The notes beneath the pieces were generated by a model. It had not been told where the DNA came from. It did not search any database and worked only from the letters and a program-made list of their open reading frames with translations. This document shows positions 19,245 to 28,783 of a stretch of 64,000 bases of DNA, piece by piece. Origin of the DNA: Sphingomonadales bacterium (GTDB taxonomy: Bacteria; Pseudomonadota; Alphaproteobacteria; Sphingomonadales; Sphingomonadaceae); contig JANMJZ010000008.1 in the NCBI GenBank assembly GCA_031371635.1, positions 34-64,033 on the forward strand. The letters are read 5' to 3'. The first letter of the stretch is position 1, and each line of letters begins with the position of its first letter. The translations under genes and the position numbers were made by a program.

Positions 19245-20191
19245 AGCGCAGCTTCCTTGGCTGTCGGTTGTTCAAGCGCGGCGGCAGCCTCGGCGCCGGC
19301 GATGGCGACGAAGGCGTCGTGCAGGCCAGGCCGTTCGATCGACAGGCTGTCGATCCCGGCATTGCCATCCACAAGCGCTTTCAACAGGGGTTCGATGCCC
19401 GAGTGCGGCAGTTCGAACCGCCAGTCGGGACCAGTGCCCGCGCTGGCCGGCAACGCCGCGCGCCACGGGCCGTCGGTTGCGCGCGTCCGCAGTCTGACAA
19501 CGGGCCGCAGGCGGCTTCGCGCCTCGTCCACGGCGCCTTCGAAGCGCACCTTGCCGCCCGCGATGATCGCGATGCGCTCGCACAGGCGTTCTGCGTGGGC
19601 GATCACATGGGTAGAGAACAGGATTGTTGCGCCGGCTGCCGCCTGCCCGCGGATCAGCGTCTCGAGGCGACCCTGGTTCAGTGCGTCGAGCCCCGAAAAG
19701 GGTTCGTCGAGCACGATCAGCTGCGGCTTGTGGATCAGCGTGCCCAGCAGCTGCACGGTCTGCGCCATGCCCTTCGACAGGGTGCGCACCACCTTTTTGC
19801 CCGCATGTCCAAGGCCATATTCCTCGAGCAGCACGTCCGCGCGACGACGCCCCTCGGCAAGCGAGAGGCCGCGCAGCGCACCCATGAACGCAATCGCCTC
19901 ACGTGCCGTCATGGAAGGGTAGAGTCCGCGCTCCTCCGGCAGGTAGCCGACGAGCTGCGCGGCTTCGAGCGGACGTTCGTGGCCCAGCAGGTGGCGATGC
20001 CCCTCGTCAGGGTCGATAATGCCAAGCAACATGCGCAACGTCGTCGTCTTGCCTGCGCCATTGGGCCCCAGGACGCCGTAGATGCTGCCGGCCGGAACGC
20101 TGAGGTCGATGCCATCGACAGCGCGCGTCGTCCCGAAGGTCTTGATGAGGCCAAAGGCTTCGATGGCGGGCGGGGCAGAGGTTGTGGTCAT
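19241..20191 (-). CDS. ABC transporter ATP-binding protein (NatA-like)
   Basis: Walker A GPNGAGKTT, signature LSKGMAQ, Walker B LIVLDEP. I chose the ATG at 20191 (MTTTSAPP..). Confidence 0.85.
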   Translation of the reverse strand: MTTTSAPPAIEAFGLIKTFGTTRAVDGIDLSVPAGSIYGVLGPNGAGKTTTLRMLLGIIDPDEGHRHLLGHERPLEAAQLVGYLPEERGLYPSMTAREAIAFMGALRGLSLAEGRRRADVLLEEYGLGHAGKKVVRTLSKGMAQTVQLLGTLIHKPQLIVLDEPFSGLDALNQGRLETLIRGQAAAGATILFSTHVIAHAERLCERIAIIAGGKVRFEGAVDEARSRLRPVVRLRTRATDGPWRAALPASAGTGPDWRFELPHSGIEPLLKALVDGNAGIDSLSIERPGLHDAFVAIAGAEAAAALEQPTAKEAAL

Positions 20192-20271
20192 CACGCGCTG
20201 CATAGGCGCTTCGGCCCATTCTTGTCGAAGCACTGTTTTTCCTTTGTGACGGAACCGCTAGACGTCGATCC

Positions 20272-21339
20272 GTGTCTAGCGCGCCATCCCTCACCAAAGC
20301 CCTAAAGGCCGAAGCCGAAAGACTGGGCTTTGCCAGCTGCGGCATAACCAGCGCAGAGGGGCACAACGGCGAGTCCGCGCTGACCGGCTGGCTGGAATCG
20401 GGCCACCACGGCACGATGGACTGGATGGAAACACGCGCGGACCAACGCCGCGCACCGCAGGCGCTCTGGCCGGAGGCGCGGTCGGTCATCGCGCTCGGCA
20501 TGAGCTACGCGCCGCGCGAAAATCCGCTGCGGCTGGAAAGAGAAACGGATATCGGCCGCATTTCAGTCTATGCGCAGGGGGGCGACTACCACGACGTCAT
20601 CAAGCGCAACCTGAAGGCGCTGGCGCGCTGGCTGGTCGGGCAGGCGGGTTGCACGCTGAAGGTTTTCGTCGACACGGCGCCGGTCATGGAAAAGCCGCTC
20701 GGCGCGCTGGCGGGCATTGGCTGGCAAGGAAAACACACCAACCTGGTATCGACCGAATACGGTAGCTGGCTATTCCTCGGCTGTATCATGACCACGCTGG
20801 AGATCGGGCCCGACCTGCTGGCCGACCTGCCGCACGAAGACCGTTGCGGCAGTTGCGATGCGTGCCAGCGCGCCTGTCCGACCGATGCGTTTCCGGCACC
20901 ATACCGGCTGGATGCGCGCCGCTGCATCTCGTACCTGACGATCGAGCACAAAGGGCCGATCCCGCTCGAATTCCGCCGGGCGATCGGTAACCGCATCTAT
21001 GGCTGCGACGATTGTCTCGCCGTGTGCCCCTGGAACAAATTCGCGGCAGCCGCACAGGCCAACATGGCCTTTGCGCCACGCGCCGAGCTTGCGGCGCCCC
21101 CGTTGGCCGACCTGCTTGCGCTGGATGACGCGGCCTTCCGGATGGTTTTCGCTGGGTCCCCCATAAAGCGGATCGGGCGCGACCGCATGGTGCGCAATGC
21201 CTGCATTGCTGCGGGCAACAGCGGGGATCCCTCGCTGACGCCCATATTGCGACGCCTTGCTGGCGATCAGAGCCCCGTGGTGGCGGAGGCTGCAGGATGG
21301 GCGCTGGCCGAACTCAGCGCGCTTCCTTGCGCCGCGTAA
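20272..21339 (+). CDS. queG: tRNA epoxyqueuosine(34) reductase
   Basis: 355 aa. Fe-S motifs CGSCDACQRACPTDAF and CDDCLAVCPWNKF, plus a C-terminal HEAT-like region. GTG start. Confidence 0.9.
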   Translation: MSSAPSLTKALKAEAERLGFASCGITSAEGHNGESALTGWLESGHHGTMDWMETRADQRRAPQALWPEARSVIALGMSYAPRENPLRLERETDIGRISVYAQGGDYHDVIKRNLKALARWLVGQAGCTLKVFVDTAPVMEKPLGALAGIGWQGKHTNLVSTEYGSWLFLGCIMTTLEIGPDLLADLPHEDRCGSCDACQRACPTDAFPAPYRLDARRCISYLTIEHKGPIPLEFRRAIGNRIYGCDDCLAVCPWNKFAAAAQANMAFAPRAELAAPPLADLLALDDAAFRMVFAGSPIKRIGRDRMVRNACIAAGNSGDPSLTPILRRLAGDQSPVVAEAAGWALAELSALPCAA

Positions 21340-21682
21340 GGGCGGCCACGCAGCTGGCACGGTCGATGTCGCGCCCGTCGGGCTGGCGCGCATCGACATA
21401 GCTGACTTGGCCCTCGGCACCGGGATGCGGCGGGTAGAGATAGGCATCGAGGATGCAGATCGGCCCGGTGAACTGCAGTCTTCGCGCCCCTTCTGCCTCG
21501 CGGACGTCTTGATCGGCCTCGCCGAACAAGGCGGTCAGGCCCCTTGCCGTCTGTCCGAGTACGCGGTCTAGGCCCGTCTTGATCATGGGCGGGCTGCGTG
21601 TCGCGGCAAGTGGAGGCGGGGGCGGAGATACCGTCGTCGCACATCCGGCGACGAGTAGCGGCAGCAGGGCAAGGGCAGTTCG
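21314..21682 (-). CDS. lipoprotein, function unknown
   Basis: MRTALALLPLLVAGC contains a lipobox (LVAGC). 122 aa. The 3' end overlaps the convergent queG by 26 nt. Confidence 0.6.
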   Translation of the reverse strand, partial: RTALALLPLLVAGCATTVSPPPPPLAATRSPPMIKTGLDRVLGQTARGLTALFGEADQDVREAEGARRLQFTGPICILDAYLYPPHPGAEGQVSYVDARQPDGRDIDRASCVAALTRRKEAR

Positions 21683-21764
21683 CATGGCGCGTGTGCTGGC
21701 GCGTACCACCCTTGCCGTCAACTATCGCTGCGGCTAGGCGGCGCGCTTTCGGGACGGAGACGGT

Positions 21765-22765
21765 ATGAGCATGAACGCGCGCTATGATGTGGTGGCAATT
21801 GGCAACGCCATCGTGGATGTGATCGCGAGCGCGACTGACGACTTCATCGTCAGCGAGAACCTGTCACGCGGCTCGATGCAGCTCATCGATACGGCGCGCG
21901 CGACCGAACTCTATGGCAAGATGGGCCCCGGCCGCGAGGTCTCGGGCGGATCGGCCGCCAATACGATCGCCGGCATGGCTGCGCTCGGTCGCAAGTGCGG
22001 TTTCATCGGCCAGGTCGCCAGCGACCAGCTCGGCGATGTCTTTGCGCACGACATCCGCGCTATCGGGGTCGACTTCACGACCCCTGCGCGCGATGCGGAG
22101 CCGCCAACGGCCCGCTGCCTGATTCTCGTGACGCCGGACGGCCAGCGCACGATGAACACTTTTCTCGGTGCCTCGCAGTATCTTCCCGCCGCTGCGATCG
22201 ACCGCGACCTGATCGCCGACAGTGCGATCCTGTATCTCGAGGGTTATCTCTGGGACCCCGAGGAACCGCGCGCGGCGATGCGCGCCGCCATCGAGATCGC
22301 GCGCGCGGGGCCGGGCGCAAGGTCGCTTTCACCCTGTCTGACGCGTTCTGCATCTCGCGCCACGGCGACGATTTCCGCACGCTGATCGACGATGGGCTGA
22401 TCGACATCCTGTTCGCCAACGATGGCGAGGTCCATGCGCTGATGGGCACCGATGACGTGGCAAGCGCGGTGACGGCGTTGTCGGCCAAGGTGCCGACGCT
22501 GGTCGTCACGCACGGTGCCCACGGGGCCGAGGCGCATTCGGGCGGCGACCACGCGCGCGTTGTCGCCGAACCGATCGACAAGGTTGTCGATACGACTGGC
22601 GCCGGCGACCTGTTCGCTGCCGGCTTTCTCGCGGGGCAGGCCGAGGGCCGCAGCCTTCAGGACAGCCTGACCATGGGCGCGATCTGCGCTGCCGAGGTCA
22701 TCAGCCATTACGGCCCGCGCCCCGAGGCGGACCTCAGGGCGCTGGTCGACGCGCGGCTCGGCTAG
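21765..22765 (+). pseudogene. PfkB-family adenosine kinase, split by a frameshift near 22301-22316
   Basis: ORF 21765..22385 encodes the N-terminal part (YDVVAIGNAIVDV.., GGSAANT). ORF 21995..22765 in another frame encodes the C-terminal part (..GRKVAFTLSD.., DTTGAGDLFAAGFL). The span of 1001 nt is one short of a multiple of three. Confidence 0.85.
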
Positions 22766-22777
22766 AGCCGCAACGGG

Positions 22778-24355
22778 TCAGCCCTGGGTGCCGACCGGCC
22801 CCGGGAACTCACCCATGTCGGGTCCGTCCATTTCGTCGAGGTCCTGCTGCAACCGGCTGTTGTGGATGCCATAGACGAAATACATCACGATCGCGATCAG
22901 GGTATACCAGCCGAAGAAGACCAGCACGCGCGTCTCCACGGTGAAGATCAGCGCGATACACGCCACGATGCCGAGCGCCGGCAGCACGGGGAACAGCGGC
23001 ACGGTGAACCCGCGGACGATGTCGGGATGCGTCCGCCGCAGCCAGATAACCGACAGGCAGACGATGGCGAAGGCCGCCAGCGTGCCGACCGACGTCATGT
23101 CGCCCAGCGTGTTGATGTCGAAGAAGGCCGCCGCGACGCCGGTGATGAGGCCGACGAGGATCGTGTTGATCCACGGCGTCTTATACTTCTGGTGCACGGT
23201 CGCGAACACGCGGGGCAACAGGCCGTCGCGCGCCATCGTGTAGAAAATGCGCGTCTGCCCGTACATCAGCACCAGCACGACCGAGGTCAGGCCGATGATC
23301 GCGCCCGCTTTGACGAGCTTGGCGAACCATGCCCATTGCGGCCCGAGCGCGTCGACGGCGACGGCAACAGGATCGGGAACGTTCAGCGTCTTGTAGTTGA
23401 CGATCAGCGTCATCACGATCGAGACGAGGATGTAGATCAGCGTGCAGACGGCAAGGCTGCCGTGCAGGCCGAACGGCATGTCCTTCTTGGGATTCTTGGC
23501 TTCCTGCCCGGCGGTCGAGACCGCCTCGAAACCGATATAGGCGAAGAACACGATCGAAGCGGCGCGCAGGATACCGCCCCAACCGAACTTGCCGTCCTCG
23601 CCGGTCGCCGGCGGGATGAACGGGTCCCAGTTGGCCTTAAGCGTATCGATGTGCGCTATGACGAAGCCACCGCAGATCAAAATGAAGGCGATGATGACGG
23701 TCAGCTTGATCGCCACGATGATGTTGTTGACCTTGGCGCTTTCCGAAACGCCGATGACGAGCAGCGCCGTCATCGCCATGCAGATCAGGAAGGCGGGCAG
23801 GTTGAACAGATAGGTAATCGGCGCGCCGTTCACGAGCACGGGGACAAGGTCGTTGCCGTTGCTCTGCATGATCGTATGGCCGGTCGGCCCCGTCAGGGCC
23901 ACAGGTATGACGATGCCGAAATCGCCGAGCAGGCTGACGACATAACCGCCCCAGCCGACAGCGACCACCGATGCCGCAAGGCCGTATTCGAGTAGCAACA
24001 GCGCGCCCATGATCCACGCGGCGAACTCGCCGATGGTCGTGTAGCTATAGGTATAGGCCGATCCTGAAACCGGCAGGGTCGATGACAGTTCGGCATAGCA
24101 CAGGCCGGCGAGCGCACAGACGACACCCGCAATCAGGAAGGACAACAGCACGGCAGGACCGGCATGAAGCGAAGCGGCGCTGCCGGTCCGCACGAAGATA
24201 CCGGCGCCGATGATGCAGCCGATGCCGAGGAACATCAGGTTCCACGATCCCAGAGTCCGCTTCAGTTCGCTCTTTTGCGTTTCGCGCTGAACCTGTTCGA
24301 CCGTCTTGCGGCCCCACATGCGCGAAAAAAAGTCCGGTTTCGGACGTGATGCCAT
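22778..24355 (-). CDS. APC-superfamily amino-acid permease (cationic amino-acid transporter-like)
   Basis: 525 aa from the ATG at 24355 (MASRPKPDFFSRMWG..). ..LMFLGIGCIIGAGIFV.. and 12 or more hydrophobic segments. Confidence 0.85.
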   Translation of the reverse strand: MASRPKPDFFSRMWGRKTVEQVQRETQKSELKRTLGSWNLMFLGIGCIIGAGIFVRTGSAASLHAGPAVLLSFLIAGVVCALAGLCYAELSSTLPVSGSAYTYSYTTIGEFAAWIMGALLLLEYGLAASVVAVGWGGYVVSLLGDFGIVIPVALTGPTGHTIMQSNGNDLVPVLVNGAPITYLFNLPAFLICMAMTALLVIGVSESAKVNNIIVAIKLTVIIAFILICGGFVIAHIDTLKANWDPFIPPATGEDGKFGWGGILRAASIVFFAYIGFEAVSTAGQEAKNPKKDMPFGLHGSLAVCTLIYILVSIVMTLIVNYKTLNVPDPVAVAVDALGPQWAWFAKLVKAGAIIGLTSVVLVLMYGQTRIFYTMARDGLLPRVFATVHQKYKTPWINTILVGLITGVAAAFFDINTLGDMTSVGTLAAFAIVCLSVIWLRRTHPDIVRGFTVPLFPVLPALGIVACIALIFTVETRVLVFFGWYTLIAIVMYFVYGIHNSRLQQDLDEMDGPDMGEFPGPVGTQG

Positions 24356-24451
24356 CGAAAATCCCCTTGGCCGCCGGTTTCTGCGGCGTAAATTGCTTGA
24401 AAGCGCAGAACCTAGCCGCAAATCTAGGCGGCGCAAGCGCCTATCGGCCCG

Positions 24452-24829
24452 TTAGCGCGGTAGCATCGCGCCGAACTGGCGTCCGCCAAACAGGTGGACA
24501 TGCAGGTGCGGCACCTCCTGATGGCCGTTCCGGCCAATGTTGGCGAGCAGGCGATAGCCCGGCTCGACCAGTCCCGCCGCGCGCGCAACATGGCCGACCG
24601 CGCGCACGAACCCACCGATCTCCGCATCGTTCGCCTTGGTCGAAAAGTCGTCCCACGACACATACGGTCCCTTCGGGATCACCAGGATATGGACCGGAGC
24701 CTGCGGATTGATGTCGTGAAAGGCGAGCGCGAAATCGTCTTCGTACACCGTACGATTCGGTATTTCGCCGCGCAGGATTTTCGCAAAGATGTTCTGGTCG
24801 TCATAGGGCGCGGTGGCGTCGATGGGCAT
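24452..24829 (-). CDS. HIT-family (histidine triad) protein
   Basis: 125 aa with a C-terminal HQEVPHLHVHLFGG histidine triad. Confidence 0.9.
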   Translation of the reverse strand: MPIDATAPYDDQNIFAKILRGEIPNRTVYEDDFALAFHDINPQAPVHILVIPKGPYVSWDDFSTKANDAEIGGFVRAVGHVARAAGLVEPGYRLLANIGRNGHQEVPHLHVHLFGGRQFGAMLPR

Positions 24830-24831
24830 GG

Positions 24832-25149
24832 TCAGGCCTTTCGTGCGGCTTTCTCAGCGATGCCCGAAACTCCCTCGCGGCGATCCAGTTCGGCCAGGAC
24901 ATCGGCGAAGTTGATGCCCCGCGCCTCGAGCAGGACGAGCAGGTGGAACATCAGATCCGCTGCCTCGCCAGTCAGGTCGTCATCGTGGCCCGAAAGCGCT
25001 GCGACAACGGTCTCGATAGCTTCCTCACCCAGCTTGCGCGCGGCAAGAGGCGGGCCGGCCGCGAGCAGTTTGGCGACATAGGAGGATGCCGGGTCGGCAT
25101 CCCGGCGTGCGGCGATCGTTTCGGCAAGGCGGGTCAGTGTGTCAGTCAC
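24832..25149 (-). CDS. hisE: phosphoribosyl-ATP pyrophosphatase
   Basis: 105 aa. ..SYVAKLLAAGPPLAARKLGEEAIE..EAADLMFHLLVLLEARGI.. is the HisE pattern. Confidence 0.9.
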   Translation of the reverse strand: MTDTLTRLAETIAARRDADPASSYVAKLLAAGPPLAARKLGEEAIETVVAALSGHDDDLTGEAADLMFHLLVLLEARGINFADVLAELDRREGVSGIAEKAARKA

Positions 25150-25194
25150 TCGACCGTTAAGCGTTCGCTTGGGCGCCCGGTCAACCCCCGCAGG

Positions 25195-25383
25195 CTAGGC
25201 CTGGGCGTCGTCGTCCTCGCTCGGGGCGCGGCGCGAGGCGTGCCGTCCGACGATCAACCCCACGACCGCCACGACGAACAGGGCGGCGTCACCGGGCTCG
25301 GGAATACCGACGCCGCCATGCTGTGCCAGCGCGGGGGAGGCTGCCATCAGGAACAGGGCAAATGCGGTGACGCGAGCGGTCAA
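25195..25383 (-). CDS. mini-protein: signal peptide directly followed by a PEP-CTERM-like anchor
   Basis: (TTG)TARVTAFALFLMAASPALA / QHGGVGI-PEP-GDAALFVVAVVGLIVG-RHASRR-APSEDDDAQA. GC3 is high from the TTG at 25383 onward and lower upstream, so the track start at 25455 is doubtful. It lies between hisF and hisE. Confidence 0.4.
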   Translation of the reverse strand: MTARVTAFALFLMAASPALAQHGGVGIPEPGDAALFVVAVVGLIVGRHASRRAPSEDDDAQA

Positions 25384-25479
25384 GTCGGCGACTCCGGTGG
25401 TGATGGCATTGCAAGTGCCAGAATGCTGTACCGCCATACAGCAGGTATATGTCATTTTACGTACCCAATTCGGGACAGT

Positions 25480-26244
25480 TTACAAAGCGTTACGAACGGG
25501 AAATCCCGCTGCCTGTAACGCACGGTGCGCATCCTCGATGCGCGCCTCGCCGAAATGGAAGATCGAGGCTGCGAGCACGGCATCGGCGTGCCCGTCGCGT
25601 ATCCCTGCGACCATGTCGTCGAGCGAGCCCACCCCGCCTGAGGCGATCACCGGCACCACAACCGCATCGGCGATGCTGCGGGTCAGGTCGAGGTCGTAAC
25701 CGGTTTTCGTGCCGTCGCGATCCATCGAAGTGACAAGCAGCTCGCCCGCGCCGAGTTCGACTAGGCGGCGTGCGTGGGCGACGGCGTCGATGCCGGTCGC
25801 GCGTCGGCCGCCATGGGTAAAGACTTCCCAATGGTTTTCGACGCGACGCGCATCCACCGAGGCGACGACGCACTGGCTGCCGAAGCGCGCCGCGATGTCC
25901 GCCACCAGTTCGGGCCGCGCGACGGCGGCGGAATTGACCGCTACCTTGTCTGCGCCCGCGAGCAACAGCGCCCGCGCATCGTCGGCGCTGCGCACACCGC
26001 CACCGACCGTCAGGGGCATGAAACAAACTTCTGCCGTCCGGCGCACGACGTCGATGATCGTGTCGCGCCCCTCATGGCTCGCGCCGATGTCGAGGAAGCA
26101 TAGCTCGTCCGCCCCTGCCGCGTCATAGGCACGCGCCGCCTCGACCGGATCGCCCGCGTCGCGCAGCTCGACGAAGTTGACACCCTTCACGACGCGCCCG
26201 TTCTGTACGTCCAGACAGGGGATGACGCGGACGCGGACAGTCAC
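25480..26244 (-). CDS. hisF: imidazole glycerol phosphate synthase, cyclase subunit
   Basis: 254 aa. [14 protein letters not shown], and ..[10 protein letters not shown].. near the C-terminus. Confidence 0.95.
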   Translation of the reverse strand: MTVRVRVIPCLDVQNGRVVKGVNFVELRDAGDPVEAARAYDAAGADELCFLDIGASHEGRDTIIDVVRRTAEVCFMPLTVGGGVRSADDARALLLAGADKVAVNSAAVARPELVADIAARFGSQCVVASVDARRVENHWEVFTHGGRRATGIDAVAHARRLVELGAGELLVTSMDRDGTKTGYDLDLTRSIADAVVVPVIASGGVGSLDDMVAGIRDGHADAVLAASIFHFGEARIEDAHRALQAAGFPVRNAL

Positions 26245-26975
26245 GCTGCCGCCGCCACCGCCAGCGCGGCCGCAAGGTCGAGCCGCCCGTCATAAAGCGC
26301 ACGCCCCGTGATCACGCCTTCGATCCCGTCCTTGGCGAACAGGCTCAGGATCCGGATGTCTGCGATTCCGGCCACGCCGCCGCTCGCGATCACGGGAATG
26401 TCGGTCGCGCGCGCCAGGTCGACCGTCGCCTGCACGTTGCACCCTTTGAGCATCCCGTCGCGCCCCACGTCGGTGAACAGCAGCGCGGCGACGCCTGCGT
26501 CCTCGAAGCGGCGCGCCATGTCGAGCACAGGCACGTCGGACACGTCCGCCCAGCCCTGCGTCGCAACGAAACCGTCGCGCGCGTCGACCCCGACGACGAT
26601 GCCACCCGGGAAGGCTTCGGCTGCGTCGCGCACCAGCTGCGGGTCGGTCAGTGCGGCCGTGCCGATGACGATGCGCGCCACGCCGCGGTCGAACCAGCCC
26701 TCGACCGCGGCCATCGTCCGGATTCCGCCGCCGACCTGCACATAGCCGGGAAAAGATTCGACGATCGCTGCTACGGCATCGCCATTGACGGCATGGCCGG
26801 CGAAGGCCCCGTCGAGATCGACGACGTGCAGATGCTCGGCCCCCATGGCCGCGAACACCATCGCCTGCGCCGCGGGGTCGTCGCCGTACACGGTTGCGCG
26901 GTCCATATCGCCTTCGGCCAGACGCACGACCTGGCCGCCCTTGAGGTCGATGGCGGGAAAGACGATGAGCGTCAT
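26241..26975 (-). CDS. hisA: ProFAR isomerase
   Basis: 244 aa. [16 protein letters not shown], ..VQVGGGIR.., ..[12 protein letters not shown]... Confidence 0.95.
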   Translation of the reverse strand: MTLIVFPAIDLKGGQVVRLAEGDMDRATVYGDDPAAQAMVFAAMGAEHLHVVDLDGAFAGHAVNGDAVAAIVESFPGYVQVGGGIRTMAAVEGWFDRGVARIVIGTAALTDPQLVRDAAEAFPGGIVVGVDARDGFVATQGWADVSDVPVLDMARRFEDAGVAALLFTDVGRDGMLKGCNVQATVDLARATDIPVIASGGVAGIADIRILSLFAKDGIEGVITGRALYDGRLDLAAALAVAAAA

Positions 26976-26979
26976 CGAA

Positions 26980-27585
26980 CTACGGCCGCCATTTCAGGAA
27001 CCTTTTCAACGTCGCGATGCCATAAGTCTGGCTCTTTTCCGGATGGAATTGCACCCCGGCCATATTGTCGCGCCCAATGGCCGCCACGACGCTGCCGCCG
27101 TGATCGGTCGTCGCCAGCACGTCGTCTCCCTCGAACGCATAACCGTGCAGGAAATAGGCTTCGCCCGGCTCGATGAGCGGATGCGGCTGTACCGGCACGA
27201 CATCGTTCCAGCCCATATGGGGGATCTTGAGGCCCGGCGCGGCTGCCAGCGGCGCAACCTTGCCGCGTACCCAGCCCAGCCCCTTCGTCACCCCATGCTC
27301 ATGCCCTTCCTCGGCCATCAGCTGCATCCCCACGCAGATCCCCAGGAACGGAAGGCGCCGCGTCATCACCGCTTCGTTGAGGGCATCGATCATGCCCGGA
27401 ATTGCCGACAGCGCTCCCATGCAATGGGCAAAGGCACCCACGCCCGGCAGGACGATCCGGTGCGTGGCCAGCACCTCGGCAGGCTCGGCGGTCACGGCGA
27501 TGTCGCTGGCGCCTGCCGCTTTCAGTGCGTTGAGCACCGACTGGAGATTGCCCGCGCCATAATCGATAAGCGCGACTCCGCTCAT
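26980..27585 (-). CDS. hisH: imidazole glycerol phosphate synthase, glutaminase subunit
   Basis: 201 aa. VALIDYGAGNLQSV, LPGVGAF, the catalytic GICVGMQL, and a C-terminal ..GVQFHPEKS. Confidence 0.95.
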   Translation of the reverse strand: MSGVALIDYGAGNLQSVLNALKAAGASDIAVTAEPAEVLATHRIVLPGVGAFAHCMGALSAIPGMIDALNEAVMTRRLPFLGICVGMQLMAEEGHEHGVTKGLGWVRGKVAPLAAAPGLKIPHMGWNDVVPVQPHPLIEPGEAYFLHGYAFEGDDVLATTDHGGSVVAAIGRDNMAGVQFHPEKSQTYGIATLKRFLKWRP

Positions 27586-27619
27586 TGGGGCTCCCGCCCC
27601 GCCTGCGGGGCGGGGAAGC

Positions 27620-28207
27620 TCACAAAATGCCCTTGGTCGAAGGGATATTGTCCGCCTTGCGCGGGTCGATCTCGACTGCTTCGCGCAAGGCCCGCGCCAG
27701 CCCCTTGAACGCGCTTTCGGCGATATGGTGATTGTTCGCCCCGTAAAGCGTCTCGACGTGCAGGGTCAGCCCCGCGGTCTGCGCGAACGAATGGAAGAAA
27801 TGCTCGAACATCTCTGTGTCCATCTCGCCCAGGCGCTTCTGCGAGAATTCGGCCTTCCACACGAGGAACGGCCGGCCCGAAATGTCGAGCGCAACGCGGG
27901 TCAGCGTCTCGTCCATGGGCGAAAGGGCATCGGCGTAGCGCCGGATGCCGCGCTTCTCGCCCAACGCCTGCGCAACGGCTTCGCCGATTGCAAGGCCCGT
28001 GTCCTCGACCGTGTGATGCTGGTCGATGTGCAGATCGCCCACCGTTTTCACGTCGAGATCGATCAGCGAATGGCGCGACAGCTGTTCGAGCATATGGTCG
28101 AAAAAGCCGATCCCGGTCGAAATGCTGTACGCGCCGGTGCCGTCGAGATCGACACGCACGTCGATGCTTGTTTCCGCCGTTGCGCGATGAACCGTGCCTG
28201 TTCGCAT
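27620..28207 (-). CDS. hisB: imidazoleglycerol-phosphate dehydratase
   Basis: 195 aa from the ATG at 28207 ([17 protein letters not shown]..). [16 protein letters not shown] and ..[19 protein letters not shown]. Confidence 0.95.
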   Translation of the reverse strand: MRTGTVHRATAETSIDVRVDLDGTGAYSISTGIGFFDHMLEQLSRHSLIDLDVKTVGDLHIDQHHTVEDTGLAIGEAVAQALGEKRGIRRYADALSPMDETLTRVALDISGRPFLVWKAEFSQKRLGEMDTEMFEHFFHSFAQTAGLTLHVETLYGANNHHIAESAFKGLARALREAVEIDPRKADNIPSTKGIL

Positions 28208-28286
28208 GATGGGCTGCCTATAGTCGGCTCTGGTGTGAGCGCAACGCACCTTGACCGTTGCGCGCGCGCCGTCCACCAACGCGTTG

Positions 28287-28769
28287 ATGAGCCAAGATCA
28301 ACCCGACAGCCTGATTCCCTATGACGAGATCGTGCAGGAGGCTCTGCGTGCGGTCGTCGGGCGCGTGCTCGGGCAGATCGGTCATTCGGACATGTTGCCC
28401 GGTGCGCACCACTTCTACATCACGTTCAAGACGGGGGCCGCGGGCGTCGACATACCGCAGCATCTGACCGCGCGCTTTCCCGACGAAATGACGATCGTCC
28501 TGCAGAACAAGTTCTGGGACCTGAAGGTTCATGACGATGCGTTCGAGGTGGGGCTGACCTTCAACGGAATCCCGGCGCGCCTTTATATTCCGTTCGCCGC
28601 CGTTACCGCCTTCGTCGATCCGGCGGTCGATTTCGCGCTGCAATTCCAGGTCTCTGGCGAGGGCGAAGGCCCGGCCGAACATGACGCGGCGCAGAACGAT
28701 GGCCCGATCGCCGAGCCGATCGAGGATGGATCGAACGTCGTCGCTGTGGATTTCAAACGAAAGAAATAG
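28287..28769 (+). CDS. sspB: alphaproteobacterial SspB-type ClpXP adaptor
   Basis: [49 protein letters not shown].. followed by an acidic tail. This matches the alpha-SspB pattern. Confidence 0.75.
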   Translation: MSQDQPDSLIPYDEIVQEALRAVVGRVLGQIGHSDMLPGAHHFYITFKTGAAGVDIPQHLTARFPDEMTIVLQNKFWDLKVHDDAFEVGLTFNGIPARLYIPFAAVTAFVDPAVDFALQFQVSGEGEGPAEHDAAQNDGPIAEPIEDGSNVVAVDFKRKK

Positions 28770-28783
28770 CGCCGGGAGGGCAA

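Noticed and set aside
21995-22300. First ~100 codons of the 256-aa ORF 21995..22765, considered as an independent overlapping gene
   Set aside because: This part is out of frame relative to the adenosine-kinase N-terminal ORF and is Arg/Pro-rich. It is an artefact of the frameshift, and only the portion after about 22310 is genuine coding sequence.
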